Assembly (NCBI GenBank): GCA_016867455.1
Contig: VGJJ01000001.1
Coordinates: forward strand, 3,337 to 67,336
Source: Candidatus Iainarchaeum sp.
Lineage (GTDB): Archaea; Iainarchaeota; Iainarchaeia; Iainarchaeales; VGJJ01
Length of the DNA: 64,000 nucleotides
Direction of reading: 5' to 3'
How positions within the stretch are numbered: position 1 is the stretch's first letter; the number at the start of each line of letters is the position of its first letter. Shown piece by piece: positions 42,940 through 53,372 of this stretch. Under the pieces are notes generated by a model. The model had not been told where the DNA came from and did not search any database. It was given only the letters and a program-made list of their open reading frames with translations. The translations under genes and the position numbers were made by a program.

Positions 42940-44583
42940 CTATTCGGTCAAAACGCGATAAATTACCACGTCATCATTCGAATATTCTTCCTCAAGCGGG
43001 AGGTTGAGGAATAATTCTCCTATTTTCTTCTCGCGGGGGCCATAAAACACGTAGGATATTCGTGCGTTGGATAGCAATAATTGTTTTTGATTCAGAGAAA
43101 CCGATTTGTCCAATATTGTGCGCAATTCTGCTTGTTTTTTATCATAATCCATCGTCAAAAACCCATGGGCCAAATAGGGCAGGTGGTGCGTCCTCCATGA
43201 AATGACTTGCCCCACGGGTGGAGAAGATAGCACGATACCCTCCCCTTGTGAAGCGAGCCAGTGAATAGCCGCATCTTCTCCTCGCGTGAGAAAATACTGT
43301 TCTCCCTCACGAATATCAGTGGCCCGATTCTCCACCACGAATGGGACGCTGGCGCATACTAGTATAACGATGGCCCCCCACACCCATGATTTCACGTGGA
43401 AGTGGGGAAAACGTTCGGCTATCCACTCCACGAGGGTGTGCAGTCCCATGATGGAGAAACCCACCACGGCAGGATAGACTAAATACAAATATTTCACTCC
43501 CGCGGGAAGCATGAGTGAAAGTAGGAGTGCACTCCCAAAGAAAATAATTGAAACCACTTTAACGGGCTCTCGAGAAAATCGCACGCGTGCGAGGGCAAAC
43601 AATCCCAAAACGAATGGGAGCCCCATCGCGAAGGGATACATCCAAAATGGTTCACGCCGCTCCCATGACAAATAATAGGCTTGATGATAAACATACACGG
43701 GGTCCCCGCGCGCCCACCACAAATACAATCCAATTAGCACGGCCCCTCCTCCCAAAATAATTCCGTTTCTCCAAACAAATGAAACCCAGTCACTTTTGCG
43801 GCGCACCCACAACGCATACAAAAATGTTATTCCCGCGAGAATACTTCCCACTACTCCTGACGCGGGATGATTAAAAAAAGCGAGTAGAAAACAACCCACT
43901 GCAAAAACAAGATGGCGCGGATTCTCGTTGCTCAACCATCGTGTCAAAAAAATGGTTTCCCAGAGAATAAATCCCAATGACAGCATGGCCAATGGGTGAA
44001 ACATGAATGAGAAAACCGTGTATCCTAAATAGTAAATCAAATCCGTTGAATGCAGCCGTGAAAGTAGTGGAAAAATGGGCGCCAATACCACTGTCGTCCA
44101 ACCGAGTCCTCCCCCAAATAAAAATACAATCAAATAAGTGAAACGTTTTTTGGTTTCGGAAAAAAATTCGCCGCTCAATTTCCACGCGCTCAATGCCAGA
44201 AAAAAAATAATGAGAAAGCGAAACAAGTTCCACGCTGTGTCAATTCCCATTCCCGTGAGTTTAACCACGATTGCGAGCAATGAAAAGTAGAGCACGATGT
44301 ATCGGCCATCCTGCGGTTCACTCGTACTATTGTCTTTCAACAAGAAAGGGTTTCCTTCCACGCCCGAGCGGACATATGCGGCGTATGCTTGTGAGTCTTC
44401 TCCAAAATCAAATCCAATAAAAACGCGATCCGTTTTGGACGCATCATCGAATCCCGTATGCACGGGCAACCATGTCAATATACCCGCGAGCAGGGACAAA
44501 CCAAGCAGCATCATCCACACACGCATCTTACACCACGACTCCGATAATTGTACGAGGGGGATTTTAAATGCTGTTTCACCCAT
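42940..44583 (-). CDS. Polytopic membrane protein, possible glycan polymerase or GT-C
   Basis: At least 12 TM helices. The C-terminal ~150 aa are soluble. Confidence 0.55.
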   Translation of the reverse strand: MGETAFKIPLVQLSESWCKMRVWMMLLGLSLLAGILTWLPVHTGFDDASKTDRVFIGFDFGEDSQAYAAYVRSGVEGNPFLLKDNSTSEPQDGRYIVLYFSLLAIVVKLTGMGIDTAWNLFRFLIIFFLALSAWKLSGEFFSETKKRFTYLIVFLFGGGLGWTTVVLAPIFPLLSRLHSTDLIYYLGYTVFSFMFHPLAMLSLGFILWETIFLTRWLSNENPRHLVFAVGCFLLAFFNHPASGVVGSILAGITFLYALWVRRKSDWVSFVWRNGIILGGGAVLIGLYLWWARGDPVYVYHQAYYLSWERREPFWMYPFAMGLPFVLGLFALARVRFSREPVKVVSIIFFGSALLLSLMLPAGVKYLYLVYPAVVGFSIMGLHTLVEWIAERFPHFHVKSWVWGAIVILVCASVPFVVENRATDIREGEQYFLTRGEDAAIHWLASQGEGIVLSSPPVGQVISWRTHHLPYLAHGFLTMDYDKKQAELRTILDKSVSLNQKQLLLSNARISYVFYGPREKKIGELFLNLPLEEEYSNDDVVIYRVLTE

Positions 44584-44590
44584 CTATTCT

Positions 44591-45703
44591 ATGGTTAATG
44601 ACATTTCCGCACTAAAGCAAGTGCCGAGGCTCTTTTTCAAAGACAATGCCATGCCTCTCCAGCTTATTTTTTTCGTGACAAACAAGTGCAACGCGCGCTG
44701 TTCTCATTGCTTTTACTGGGATGAACTCAACAATCCAGCCAAAAAAGAACTCACCTTGGAAGAAGTCCAAAAAATGTCTAAGTCCATGGGAGAAATGCTC
44801 ATCCTATACTTAGGGGGAGGCGAGCCCTTTTTGCGCAGGGATTTGCCGGAGATTGCCCAAACATTTTATGAAAATAACAACACACGACTCGTGGGAATTC
44901 CCACCAATGCGTTTTTGCCGGAAATCATGCTCCCCAGCATTGACCGAATGTGCACGCTCTGTCCGAATGCGAATATCCTCATCAATGTCTCGATTGATGA
45001 TATCGGCATTGCTCACGAACAGTTTCGTGTTGTTCCCGGAGGATGGGAAAAACTTTTGCGCACAATCGCGGGAATAAAAGAACTCAAAAAAAAGCACAAG
45101 AACCTTGCGCTAGGATGCAACGCTACATTCAATTCCAAAAATCAGGACAAAATTAAAGAAATTTATTATTATTTACGAGACGAAATAAAACCGGATTCGA
45201 TTAATATTAATTTGGTCCGCGGAAAACCAAAAGACCCTCATTGTTCCGACATTGACATTGCCAAATATAATGAAGTCATTGGGATTCTTCAAACGGATTT
45301 AGCTAAAGCGGATTTGGGGTACACGACTTCTTCGTTCCAGAATATTATTAATCAGAATCAGATTCGCACGAAGGAACTTATTTCGCAAACGTATCAAGAC
45401 AAGAAGGCATTCGTCACGTGCACGGCATCCCGGCTCATTGGAGTATTATATCCGGATGGAGAATTATTCCCGTGCGAGTTGCTTGATTCAAAGTATCGTA
45501 TTGGAAATATTCGCGAAACGGACTATGATTTCAAAAAGCTCTGGTTTTCGGAGCGAAATAAAGAAATTGCCAAATGGATCGTGGACACGAAGTGTTTTTG
45601 CACGCATGAATGTTTCATGAGCACGAACACCATGTTTTCTCCGAAAGAAGTAATTGGAACGGTTCTCACCGCTGTGACGCGGCCGATTAAAAATATTAAA
45701 TAG
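44591..45703 (+). CDS. Radical SAM enzyme with C-terminal SPASM/twitch-like Cys cluster (anSME-like or glycan-modifying)
   Basis: CNARCSHCFYW (CxxxCxxC). C-terminal CTASRLIGVLYPDGELFPC...CFCTHEC. ATG 44591 chosen because the longer ORF overlaps the upstream minus-strand gene. Confidence 0.75.
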   Translation: MVNDISALKQVPRLFFKDNAMPLQLIFFVTNKCNARCSHCFYWDELNNPAKKELTLEEVQKMSKSMGEMLILYLGGGEPFLRRDLPEIAQTFYENNNTRLVGIPTNAFLPEIMLPSIDRMCTLCPNANILINVSIDDIGIAHEQFRVVPGGWEKLLRTIAGIKELKKKHKNLALGCNATFNSKNQDKIKEIYYYLRDEIKPDSININLVRGKPKDPHCSDIDIAKYNEVIGILQTDLAKADLGYTTSSFQNIINQNQIRTKELISQTYQDKKAFVTCTASRLIGVLYPDGELFPCELLDSKYRIGNIRETDYDFKKLWFSERNKEIAKWIVDTKCFCTHECFMSTNTMFSPKEVIGTVLTAVTRPIKNIK

Positions 45704-45726
45704 TTTTCACGCAGGAATGGGAAAAT

Positions 45727-46689
45727 TTATTTTTTCATCTCGTGTTGTTTGGCGCAGACACCATGATACACGCCGATGGCGTGGGCTAATTTACTTAAGT
45801 AAACAAATGGGGCATACGCGATTACTTCCATGTGTCGTGGCAACCAATGTCCAATAACAAATCCAGTATGTAAAATGGATAATGGAATAATCATCAATGC
45901 CGCCCCAAGCGGCCGTTGGGGGAATAACCAACTGTATTCCGTTCCGCTTTCTTTGGTGCGGATCCACGCGGCTTTCGTCCCATAGTTATAATGGTGCTTC
46001 AGAAATTTTTTCAACGTTTGTCGATCGTGATGGGCCATTCGAATGCGGGGAGCAAATGCAATCGAGTATCCTGCGCGGTGAATGCGTTGACAATATTCCA
46101 CGTCCTCCAAGTAGCGCAACGATTCATTGAAATAACCCACTTTCTCAATGACCTCGCGCGCGAACGAGAGATTAGTGGATGAAATTTGGTAGCGGTCATC
46201 CTGGGGTTTTTTTTCAGGGTAATACTCGTACCACGTCGAAAAGTGATCGCACATGCCCACAAAATTATTATTCCAGGGAACCACACTTCCGCCTACGATT
46301 TTTTTTCCCAATGATTGTTCATGCACGTGCGCAGCAATCCATCCAGGAAATACTTTTGCATCCGCGTCCTGTATCAAAATTATTTCTCCCTTTGCCATTC
46401 GAAAGGCAACATTTCGTGCAACGGCTTGGCCGGAGTTAGGTTGGTAAACATACGTCACGCGTGGAAATGATTGAATAATGGCGGCGGTATCGTCCGTGCT
46501 CCCGTCATCCACTGCAATAATCTCAAATGCTGGATAATCCTGCGTCACAATCGACTCAAGTACTTCGCGCAGGGTGGATGAGGCATTGTAACACGGAAGC
46601 ACTACGGAAACAAATGGAAATTCCTTCGTGGAGCGTGTGTTTTTGGATACCGTGGCGCGTTGTTTTTTCACGCGGGGTCGGGGGGTCAT
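45727..46689 (-). CDS. GT2-family glycosyltransferase
   Basis: VSVVLPCYNASSTL...IIAVDDGSTDDT...QDAD. Confidence 0.8.
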   Translation of the reverse strand: MTPRPRVKKQRATVSKNTRSTKEFPFVSVVLPCYNASSTLREVLESIVTQDYPAFEIIAVDDGSTDDTAAIIQSFPRVTYVYQPNSGQAVARNVAFRMAKGEIILIQDADAKVFPGWIAAHVHEQSLGKKIVGGSVVPWNNNFVGMCDHFSTWYEYYPEKKPQDDRYQISSTNLSFAREVIEKVGYFNESLRYLEDVEYCQRIHRAGYSIAFAPRIRMAHHDRQTLKKFLKHHYNYGTKAAWIRTKESGTEYSWLFPQRPLGAALMIIPLSILHTGFVIGHWLPRHMEVIAYAPFVYLSKLAHAIGVYHGVCAKQHEMKK

Positions 46690-46787
46690 ACACCATGCTG
46701 AATTAACCCTGTTTTAAACTCACTCCCAGGGTGGGATACACATATATATCATCCCCGACGTAATCCTCTTGTTGGATGGATTAATTC

Positions 46788-47558
46788 ATGAAAAAAAATA
46801 GTCGTGTCCGTTCCCCAAAAAGTGGGAATGAGAAATCGTTTGCCATTTTGGTGGTGGCATATTTTGCTGAAAAAACAATTGAGGATGTTCTCTCAAAAAT
46901 TCCCCCTCAAACAGTGAAGGAATGTGCGGAAATTATTGTACAAGACGATGCATCCACGGACCGAACCACGCCAGTCGCGGAAGAATTCAAGAAAAAAAAT
47001 GGTTGGAAAAACCTCACGATTGTTCACAATGAAAAAAACCTCGGGTATGGGGGGAACCAAAAAAAGGGATACCAGTATTGCTACGAGAAAGGGTATGATT
47101 GCGTAGTCATGCTGCACGGGGACGCACAATATCCTCCTGAGGATTCTCCCAAACTCCTCGCCCCCTTGCTTGCCGGAGAGGCCGAGATGACGTTTGGTTC
47201 ACGCATGACGGGAAAACCCTTGGAAGGGGGAATGCCCTTGTGGAAATTTTTGGGAAACAAATTTTTGACCATTTATGCCAACTTTATGCTGGGAATGAAA
47301 TTGAGTGAGTATCATTCCGGTTTTCGCGCCTATAATGTAAAGGCCCTTCATGAAGCGGGAGTCCAAAACTGTTCCGATAATTTTGTTTTTGACACGGATA
47401 TTGTTATTGCATTCAAGAAAAAAAATTTCCGGATTGCCGAGTGTACAATCCCAACGCATTATGGTCCCGAGTCCCGGCAGATTCGACCCATTCCCGTCCT
47501 GCGGTATGGTCTTCAAATCATGAAACGCGTAACCTTCTTTCGTCTAAATTTGCGATGA
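46788..47558 (+). CDS. GT2-family glycosyltransferase (DPM-synthase-like)
   Basis: ILVVAYFAEKTIEDVL...VQDDASTDRT...HGDAQY. Confidence 0.75.
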   Translation: MKKNSRVRSPKSGNEKSFAILVVAYFAEKTIEDVLSKIPPQTVKECAEIIVQDDASTDRTTPVAEEFKKKNGWKNLTIVHNEKNLGYGGNQKKGYQYCYEKGYDCVVMLHGDAQYPPEDSPKLLAPLLAGEAEMTFGSRMTGKPLEGGMPLWKFLGNKFLTIYANFMLGMKLSEYHSGFRAYNVKALHEAGVQNCSDNFVFDTDIVIAFKKKNFRIAECTIPTHYGPESRQIRPIPVLRYGLQIMKRVTFFRLNLR

Positions 47559-47617
47559 TTGCACGAATACTCTTTAAAAGTGCCGGACTTCCCTATTAGT
47601 AAATTGAGTGTTTTTTC

Positions 47618-49249
47618 ATGACTATTCCTATTATTGAACACCCTATCCCGCCGACGCGCTCGAATGGGCGTAGTGACCTATTTTTGGCCGCGGAAGAACC
47701 GGAAGAATACAAAGCTCCCGAGTTCCAAATCAAGGAAAACAATCACATCCGTGTGACGCGGGTCGAGGCACCGGCCATTTATGAGTCTCGCCTCTCTTCC
47801 GAAGAGGAAAAATCCCGTTTGGCGGGAAAAAAAGTATTGTTGATTCTGCCGATTGATTTTAGTGTGAACACTGCTCTCCCCAAAGGATTGAAGCATCACA
47901 TTCCCCCATTGGGAGTATTGTATATTGCTTCCTGCATGCGCGAATTAGGTGTGAGTGTAAAAATTTTGGATATGCAAGTGGAAATGGAAGGAAAAGTGGC
48001 GAACGAGGAAAATGTAAAAATAATCATTCAAAATGAAAAACCCGACTATGTGGGAGTAGGGGCTACTATCATTAATTGGGACGCGGCCATTGCCACGATT
48101 AAAATGTCCAAGGAGCTTTTTCCCAATGTCAAAATTTTTGTGGGCGGACCCCACATTACGGCGTTGGGCACCGATGCATTAGACTTGGTTCCCCAAATTG
48201 ATTTCGTGATTAATGGAGAAGGAGAAGAAGTTGCTCCTAACATGCTGCGCGAAGCCGTTCAGGACAATCCTGATTTTTCGCGCGTGCGCGGACTCATTTA
48301 CAAGACAAGTGAGCGCGCATACACGGTGACGGGATACAACATGTTTCTCCGCGACCTGAACAAGATTCCTTTTCCGGCGTGGGATTTGGTGAAACTTGAC
48401 CATTATGCGCTTTCCCCATTAATGCAATTTCAGCCCGGACGCAGCGTGAATATGATTTCTTCCCGCGGTTGCGTGTTTTCGTGCATCTTCTGCGACCACG
48501 GTGTTCGCGGAAGCGGTTGGCGTGCGCGTTCTCCTGAGAATGTGGTGGGTGAATTCAAGTACTTGCATTCCCTCGGCGTCCGAAACGTTTGGTTGGTGGA
48601 TGATTTGTTCACCGTCTCGCGGCAGCGTGTTCAAGAGATTTGTGATTTGCTTTTGAAAGAAAAGATTAACATGAATTGGTCCTGCCAGGCGCGCGTGGAT
48701 TGTATTGATGAACCCACTCTCATCAAAATGAAGGAAGCAGGTTGCCGTCTCATTAGTTATGGGGTCGAATCCGGCAATGAGCGCGTGTTGAAATTAATCA
48801 AGAAAAGACTCAACTTGGATAAGGTGCGCGAAATTATTGCATTGACGAACAAAGTAGGAATTGAGACCCGCTGCTTTTTCATGATGGGTTTCCCCTCGGA
48901 AACGAAAGAAGAGATTGAGGACACTCTCCGCTTGGCTCTTGAATTAAATCCCACGTTCATCACGTATTCCATTGCCACTCCTCTCCCTAACACGGAGATG
49001 TGGGACATGTTGAAAGACCAATTATCCTATGAAAAATGGTCCCAATTCAATAGTTTTGGCGCGGACAAACTCGCCTATACTCCGGATGGTATTTCTCAGA
49101 AAGACCTCATGGTGTTGTGGAAGAAAGCCCATCGACAATTTTTGTTGAGGCCATCATGGTTAATGGGCCGCATGGTGGATGGGATTAAACACCCGTACAA
49201 TTTTGTGCGATACTACAAAGCCTCTTCAGCCATGAAACTAGTTGCCTAA
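47618..49249 (+). CDS. Cobalamin-binding (class B) radical SAM enzyme
   Basis: B12-binding N-domain. SRGCVFSCIFCDH. Paralogue of 40937 and 58000. Confidence 0.85.
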   Translation: MTIPIIEHPIPPTRSNGRSDLFLAAEEPEEYKAPEFQIKENNHIRVTRVEAPAIYESRLSSEEEKSRLAGKKVLLILPIDFSVNTALPKGLKHHIPPLGVLYIASCMRELGVSVKILDMQVEMEGKVANEENVKIIIQNEKPDYVGVGATIINWDAAIATIKMSKELFPNVKIFVGGPHITALGTDALDLVPQIDFVINGEGEEVAPNMLREAVQDNPDFSRVRGLIYKTSERAYTVTGYNMFLRDLNKIPFPAWDLVKLDHYALSPLMQFQPGRSVNMISSRGCVFSCIFCDHGVRGSGWRARSPENVVGEFKYLHSLGVRNVWLVDDLFTVSRQRVQEICDLLLKEKINMNWSCQARVDCIDEPTLIKMKEAGCRLISYGVESGNERVLKLIKKRLNLDKVREIIALTNKVGIETRCFFMMGFPSETKEEIEDTLRLALELNPTFITYSIATPLPNTEMWDMLKDQLSYEKWSQFNSFGADKLAYTPDGISQKDLMVLWKKAHRQFLLRPSWLMGRMVDGIKHPYNFVRYYKASSAMKLVA

Positions 49250-49279
49250 TCACAAACAAAAAATAAAAAAAATCGCACA

Positions 49280-50194
49280 CTAATTGTCATTTTTTTTGAT
49301 CAGTACACGCGCCCAAAATATAGAAAAAATAAATGCTAGCACGTAGCCCGTCGCGGTGTTTATTCCTGAAACAACAATCGTCACACTGCTGGGAACGCCC
49401 ACGTTTTCAAGGAGCACAGCCATGAGTCCTTCACGAATTCCAATCCCATTAATACTAATGGGAGCGAGCGCGGCTAATTGTACAAGTGAAGTTGCCACCA
49501 GTACGGTCGTCCACTCCACCGAGTATCCGGCTATAGCAAAAAGTTGTTGAAAAATGAGTGAGGTGATGCCAAGTTGTATCGTACCCATCAGCAACAAACT
49601 AACAAAAATAGGGGGTTGTAAAAAAACGGTTTGAAAAGCAAGAGTGAAGCCGGATAATTTTTTTATCCAGGATAAAGGAAGGAGCTTCTGCCACGTGGAA
49701 CGGAAAAGAAATAATCCACTCCCCGCGAGGAGCACCCCTAAAATGAGTCCCACGACCATGAGTGGTTGTTGATTCACAAACGGAAAAACCCAGTAGCTTC
49801 CAACCACACCAAACAAGAGCACCAAAATGCCCAGGCTGACGCGATACGAGAGTGCAATAGCGGCTCCTTGTCCAAGCGACAATCCTTCTTTCTGCCAAAA
49901 CCACGCCACCGCAAACGACCCTAATTTTCCGGGCGTTACGGACTCCACAATCCAGCTGCGCATGACGGATTCCATAACACGCGTGAATGGAATTTTTCGA
50001 ATACGCCACAATTGCGCATAGTATGCCGTTGCATTCAACAATAAATTGACAAAGACTCCGATGACCGACCAAAAAAGGAGTGCGGGAGCAGCCGCTGCGA
50101 GTTTTTCGGCAGCGTGAAGCGGGTCAAACACATAGAGAAGGATGCCCAAAATTCCAATGGTTGCCACCCAGCGCCACACGGGAGATTTCATCAT
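49280..50194 (-). CDS. UPF0104/flippase-like integral membrane protein (paralogue of 32265..33248)
   Basis: VTPGKLGSFAVAWFW block similar to ITPGRLGDFVRAVYI. Multi-TM. Confidence 0.55.
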   Translation of the reverse strand: MMKSPVWRWVATIGILGILLYVFDPLHAAEKLAAAAPALLFWSVIGVFVNLLLNATAYYAQLWRIRKIPFTRVMESVMRSWIVESVTPGKLGSFAVAWFWQKEGLSLGQGAAIALSYRVSLGILVLLFGVVGSYWVFPFVNQQPLMVVGLILGVLLAGSGLFLFRSTWQKLLPLSWIKKLSGFTLAFQTVFLQPPIFVSLLLMGTIQLGITSLIFQQLFAIAGYSVEWTTVLVATSLVQLAALAPISINGIGIREGLMAVLLENVGVPSSVTIVVSGINTATGYVLAFIFSIFWARVLIKKNDN

Positions 50195-50781
50195 GCGTTA
50201 TTCCCCGTTTTGGTTAACCAAACCCTAATTCCGGAGACATAAAAAAATCGTTCCCAAATAGCAGGAAACGCGTTTGCAAAAATATCCAATAAGGAGAGTG
50301 GAAATCGTTTATCCACGAGAAGGTGAATTTTGGTGACGCGCAAATCCTGTACACGGTCGTGGGGTTCAAGAAAAATGGTAAACATGGAGTGAGAAAAAAA
50401 ATGACGATGGGTAAAACGATAGGCGCTTGGATTCTTGAAATGAGGAACTTGAATTTCAAGTGTTCCTCCCACCTTCAGGATTCGGGATGCGCTCTCCAGA
50501 AAGTGTTCCAGCGACTCGACGTGTTCTAATCCATCTTCTATCAAAATGTATTCAGCACTTCCCGGTTTGGAGAAAGACCATGGTTTATTGATGTCCGCCA
50601 CGACTTCTTGTCCAAACTTTTCGCGGTCAACATTGATCCATCCCGGCAATATTTTCTGGGGGCCGCAGCACAAATGATAATGCATACTCACAACTAGTAT
50701 CATGCCCCGGTTCCTTTTTGAGCCTTTACTCTTCGAGCATTGTCCCATAAATACGCGTAAAACACCCGCCAACCAACCCAA
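50191..50781 (-). CDS. SAM-dependent methyltransferase (Methyltransf_11/23-like)
   Basis: LCCGPQKILPGWINVD...ILKVGGTLEIQVP. The true start may be an internal Met near 50700. Confidence 0.65.
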   Translation of the reverse strand: MGWLAGVLRVFMGQCSKSKGSKRNRGMILVVSMHYHLCCGPQKILPGWINVDREKFGQEVVADINKPWSFSKPGSAEYILIEDGLEHVESLEHFLESASRILKVGGTLEIQVPHFKNPSAYRFTHRHFFSHSMFTIFLEPHDRVQDLRVTKIHLLVDKRFPLSLLDIFANAFPAIWERFFYVSGIRVWLTKTGNNA

Positions 50782-50820
50782 TCCATAAAAAGCGTTTTTG
50801 ACAGAGGATGGTTATCTCCC

Positions 50821-52311
50821 ATGTCCCACATGATTGTACAAGCACTGACTCACCCGAATGCTCGGTGGAAAATTCTCTTGGTTAGCGCATTATTTTTCCT
50901 CCTGGTTTTCGGATGGTATTACCCGTCCTACTATACATCGGGAGATGAACACCAATACGTGACCAACGCCGCACTCATCACGCAAGGAGATTTGACCCAA
51001 GAGAGCAACCATTATTACTGTGCTCTCCGCGCCTCTCCCAACGGATATTTTTCACCGTATCCGATTGGAAAATCACTGCAATTAATTCCCTTTCTCAACA
51101 ATTTTTTATCCGTCATTTTTTGGTCGGGTGCACTCATTCACATCATTAATTTTTTTCTTATCATACTCATTTTCCGCCGGACGAAGACAAATGAATGCTG
51201 GTCGCTCATTTACATATTTTTCCCCGCATTTCAATGGAGTGCACGCACCCTCTTTCCCGAGTTGAGCGTGCTGACGTTTTTCCTCGCGGCATATTATGCG
51301 TGGCTGCACACGCGATTACGACATACAATAATGAGTGGATTTCTCCTTGGTTGCGCACTATTTTTCCGTACGGACGCATTCTTGGGAATGATTGCGTTCA
51401 CCGCTCAGGCTATTCTGCGTGAACGATCACGAGTCATTCCGTTGCTCATTGGATTTCTCATCCCGTTGGCCGTTCTCTTAGTATTCAACGCGAGCACATA
51501 CCACGCCCTCCTCCCTCAAGCAGGCAGTACTTCATCCATTCTTGGAAGTAATTTTGGCTGGAGTTTACTCTTGGAATGGATTACTTTCCTCGTACTCTTA
51601 CTCATTATCACTCCCCCCCTCTCGGGTTGGGCGATTTGGAAACACGCTTCTCATCGAATACTTTTCATGACGCTTGTTTTAGGCACGAGCATTTTCTTTG
51701 TTCGCTTTTATTCATTCTGGTCGCTCGGCACATCTATTCCACATATTTTTACCGTGCGCCTCCGTTATTTCATTCCTGCGATTGGATTGTTGATTATTCC
51801 CGCGGCCCAAGCATATTCACACATCGTCGCAATGCACATCATGCCTTTCTTTTCAATAATGAATGAAAAAAAGCGCACTATTCTCACGGGAATCATGGTG
51901 GTTTTGACTCTCCTCCTCTTGGGGGCGGGCACCATTGTTATTCACGCTCAACACGGTGCGTTATTGGATTCTCGCCGCGTCGCATTTGATGCTATTCACG
52001 CGTCCATACCTGAGAATGCAATCGTTATTGGTTCGGCGGATGATTGTATTTATTTTCTCCCCGAAATCAGTGGTATGAAAAAATATTATCACATTGATAA
52101 CCTCCCCGACGATTTCGTTATTACAAAAGAGGCGTATTTCATTTCCCTTTCATACGCTACGCAGCGTGATTCGGGAACGGTGCGCCAACCCCTCATCGAT
52201 GCGGAGCGCCAAAAAATGCAAAAATATGTGGATGCTCACGCAAGTAATCTTAAGCTCATTTTTTCGTATCGCGGAGAAACGTACATTGATATCTGGCAGG
52301 GTTTTCCATGA
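50821..52311 (+). CDS. GT-C-like polytopic membrane glycosyltransferase (ArnT/PMT-like), tentative
   Basis: 11-13 TM helices. N-terminal luminal loop with Asp/Glu. C-terminal soluble domain. Confidence 0.5.
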   Translation: MSHMIVQALTHPNARWKILLVSALFFLLVFGWYYPSYYTSGDEHQYVTNAALITQGDLTQESNHYYCALRASPNGYFSPYPIGKSLQLIPFLNNFLSVIFWSGALIHIINFFLIILIFRRTKTNECWSLIYIFFPAFQWSARTLFPELSVLTFFLAAYYAWLHTRLRHTIMSGFLLGCALFFRTDAFLGMIAFTAQAILRERSRVIPLLIGFLIPLAVLLVFNASTYHALLPQAGSTSSILGSNFGWSLLLEWITFLVLLLIITPPLSGWAIWKHASHRILFMTLVLGTSIFFVRFYSFWSLGTSIPHIFTVRLRYFIPAIGLLIIPAAQAYSHIVAMHIMPFFSIMNEKKRTILTGIMVVLTLLLLGAGTIVIHAQHGALLDSRRVAFDAIHASIPENAIVIGSADDCIYFLPEISGMKKYYHIDNLPDDFVITKEAYFISLSYATQRDSGTVRQPLIDAERQKMQKYVDAHASNLKLIFSYRGETYIDIWQGFP

Positions 52312-53372
52312 AAAAAAAATTGGGCAACGCCGTATTATTCAATTTGTCTAATCGCTCGATTCCCGGAGGAACGGAGAGTTTTGCCCGAGTTCTGGGAAAA
52401 ATAGTTCCTGATTTGCGCGTGGTGGGAAGAGAAGACGTCTTGTCGGATGGCCTTCGTTTTCCTCAAACCATGTTGAATGATGTGGCGGTGGCTAAGGCGC
52501 AAGCAGAATGGTTGGAAAATCAATCGGTTAAACCATCGTTTCTTTTCACCAGCGGCCTCCACGGTTGGGCAGTTCCTTCAACGTTAACAAACATTCCAAC
52601 GATTGGTGTTCTCCACGGGTCATTTTTCCGATTGGCAGATGTTGCCTATCCAGCATGGCATCCGCTCTATTGGAGAATGAAGCTGGTATATTCTCATTTT
52701 GAGAAGAAGAGTCTGGCGAATGCCCATGTGCGCGTGTCCAATTCTCCCCTCACTCAAAAAAATAATGAAATAGATTATCAATTAGACTCGCGCGTGGTGG
52801 AATTGCCCATTGACACGACTATTTTTTCTCCTGGAAGTAAAACAATCGCGCGTAAAAAAATAGGTTTTGCTGACTCCAAAAAAATAGTATTATTCGTGGG
52901 CAATCCAACTTATTCAAAGGGATGGGATATTGTCCAAATGCTTGCGCGAGAATTCCCCGAAGTCGCATTCATGTGCATCTGCTACCCCGCTCCCCTGTCA
53001 ACGGATAAAAACATGATTATTATCCCATCGGTCCCGCACGAAAAATTAGTGAATTATTATCGCTCCGCTGATGTGCTGGTGTTTCCCTCTCGCTATGAAG
53101 GATTTGGCTTTGTATTATTGGAAGCCCTCGCGAGCAATTGCCCCGTCATTTCTTCCCGTGTGGGGATTGTGAATAATTTTACAGGAGAAGGATTGCACGT
53201 CATTCCTCACCACCCGGATGCGTTTGTTGTAAAATTGCGGGAAGTATTGAAAAGCAATTCCGGCGCCAACACGCACCGCGTGATTCGTGAACGGTTTTCG
53301 TTCAACCATTTTTCTCGCGGAATTAGAGAGGCCATGAACGATGCCGCGCAACGCGCAGGTGATTATGAATGA
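52308..53372 (+). CDS. GT4-family glycosyltransferase
   Basis: VLVFPSRYEGFGFVLLEALASNCPVISS (E-x7-E). Confidence 0.8.
   Translation: MKKKLGNAVLFNLSNRSIPGGTESFARVLGKIVPDLRVVGREDVLSDGLRFPQTMLNDVAVAKAQAEWLENQSVKPSFLFTSGLHGWAVPSTLTNIPTIGVLHGSFFRLADVAYPAWHPLYWRMKLVYSHFEKKSLANAHVRVSNSPLTQKNNEIDYQLDSRVVELPIDTTIFSPGSKTIARKKIGFADSKKIVLFVGNPTYSKGWDIVQMLAREFPEVAFMCICYPAPLSTDKNMIIIPSVPHEKLVNYYRSADVLVFPSRYEGFGFVLLEALASNCPVISSRVGIVNNFTGEGLHVIPHHPDAFVVKLREVLKSNSGANTHRVIRERFSFNHFSRGIREAMNDAAQRAGDYE

Noticed and set aside
44297-44590. N-terminal 98-aa extension of the SPASM radical SAM ORF
   Set aside because: It overlaps the 3' part of the minus-strand membrane-protein gene 42940..44583. The conserved radical SAM core begins just after ATG 44591.
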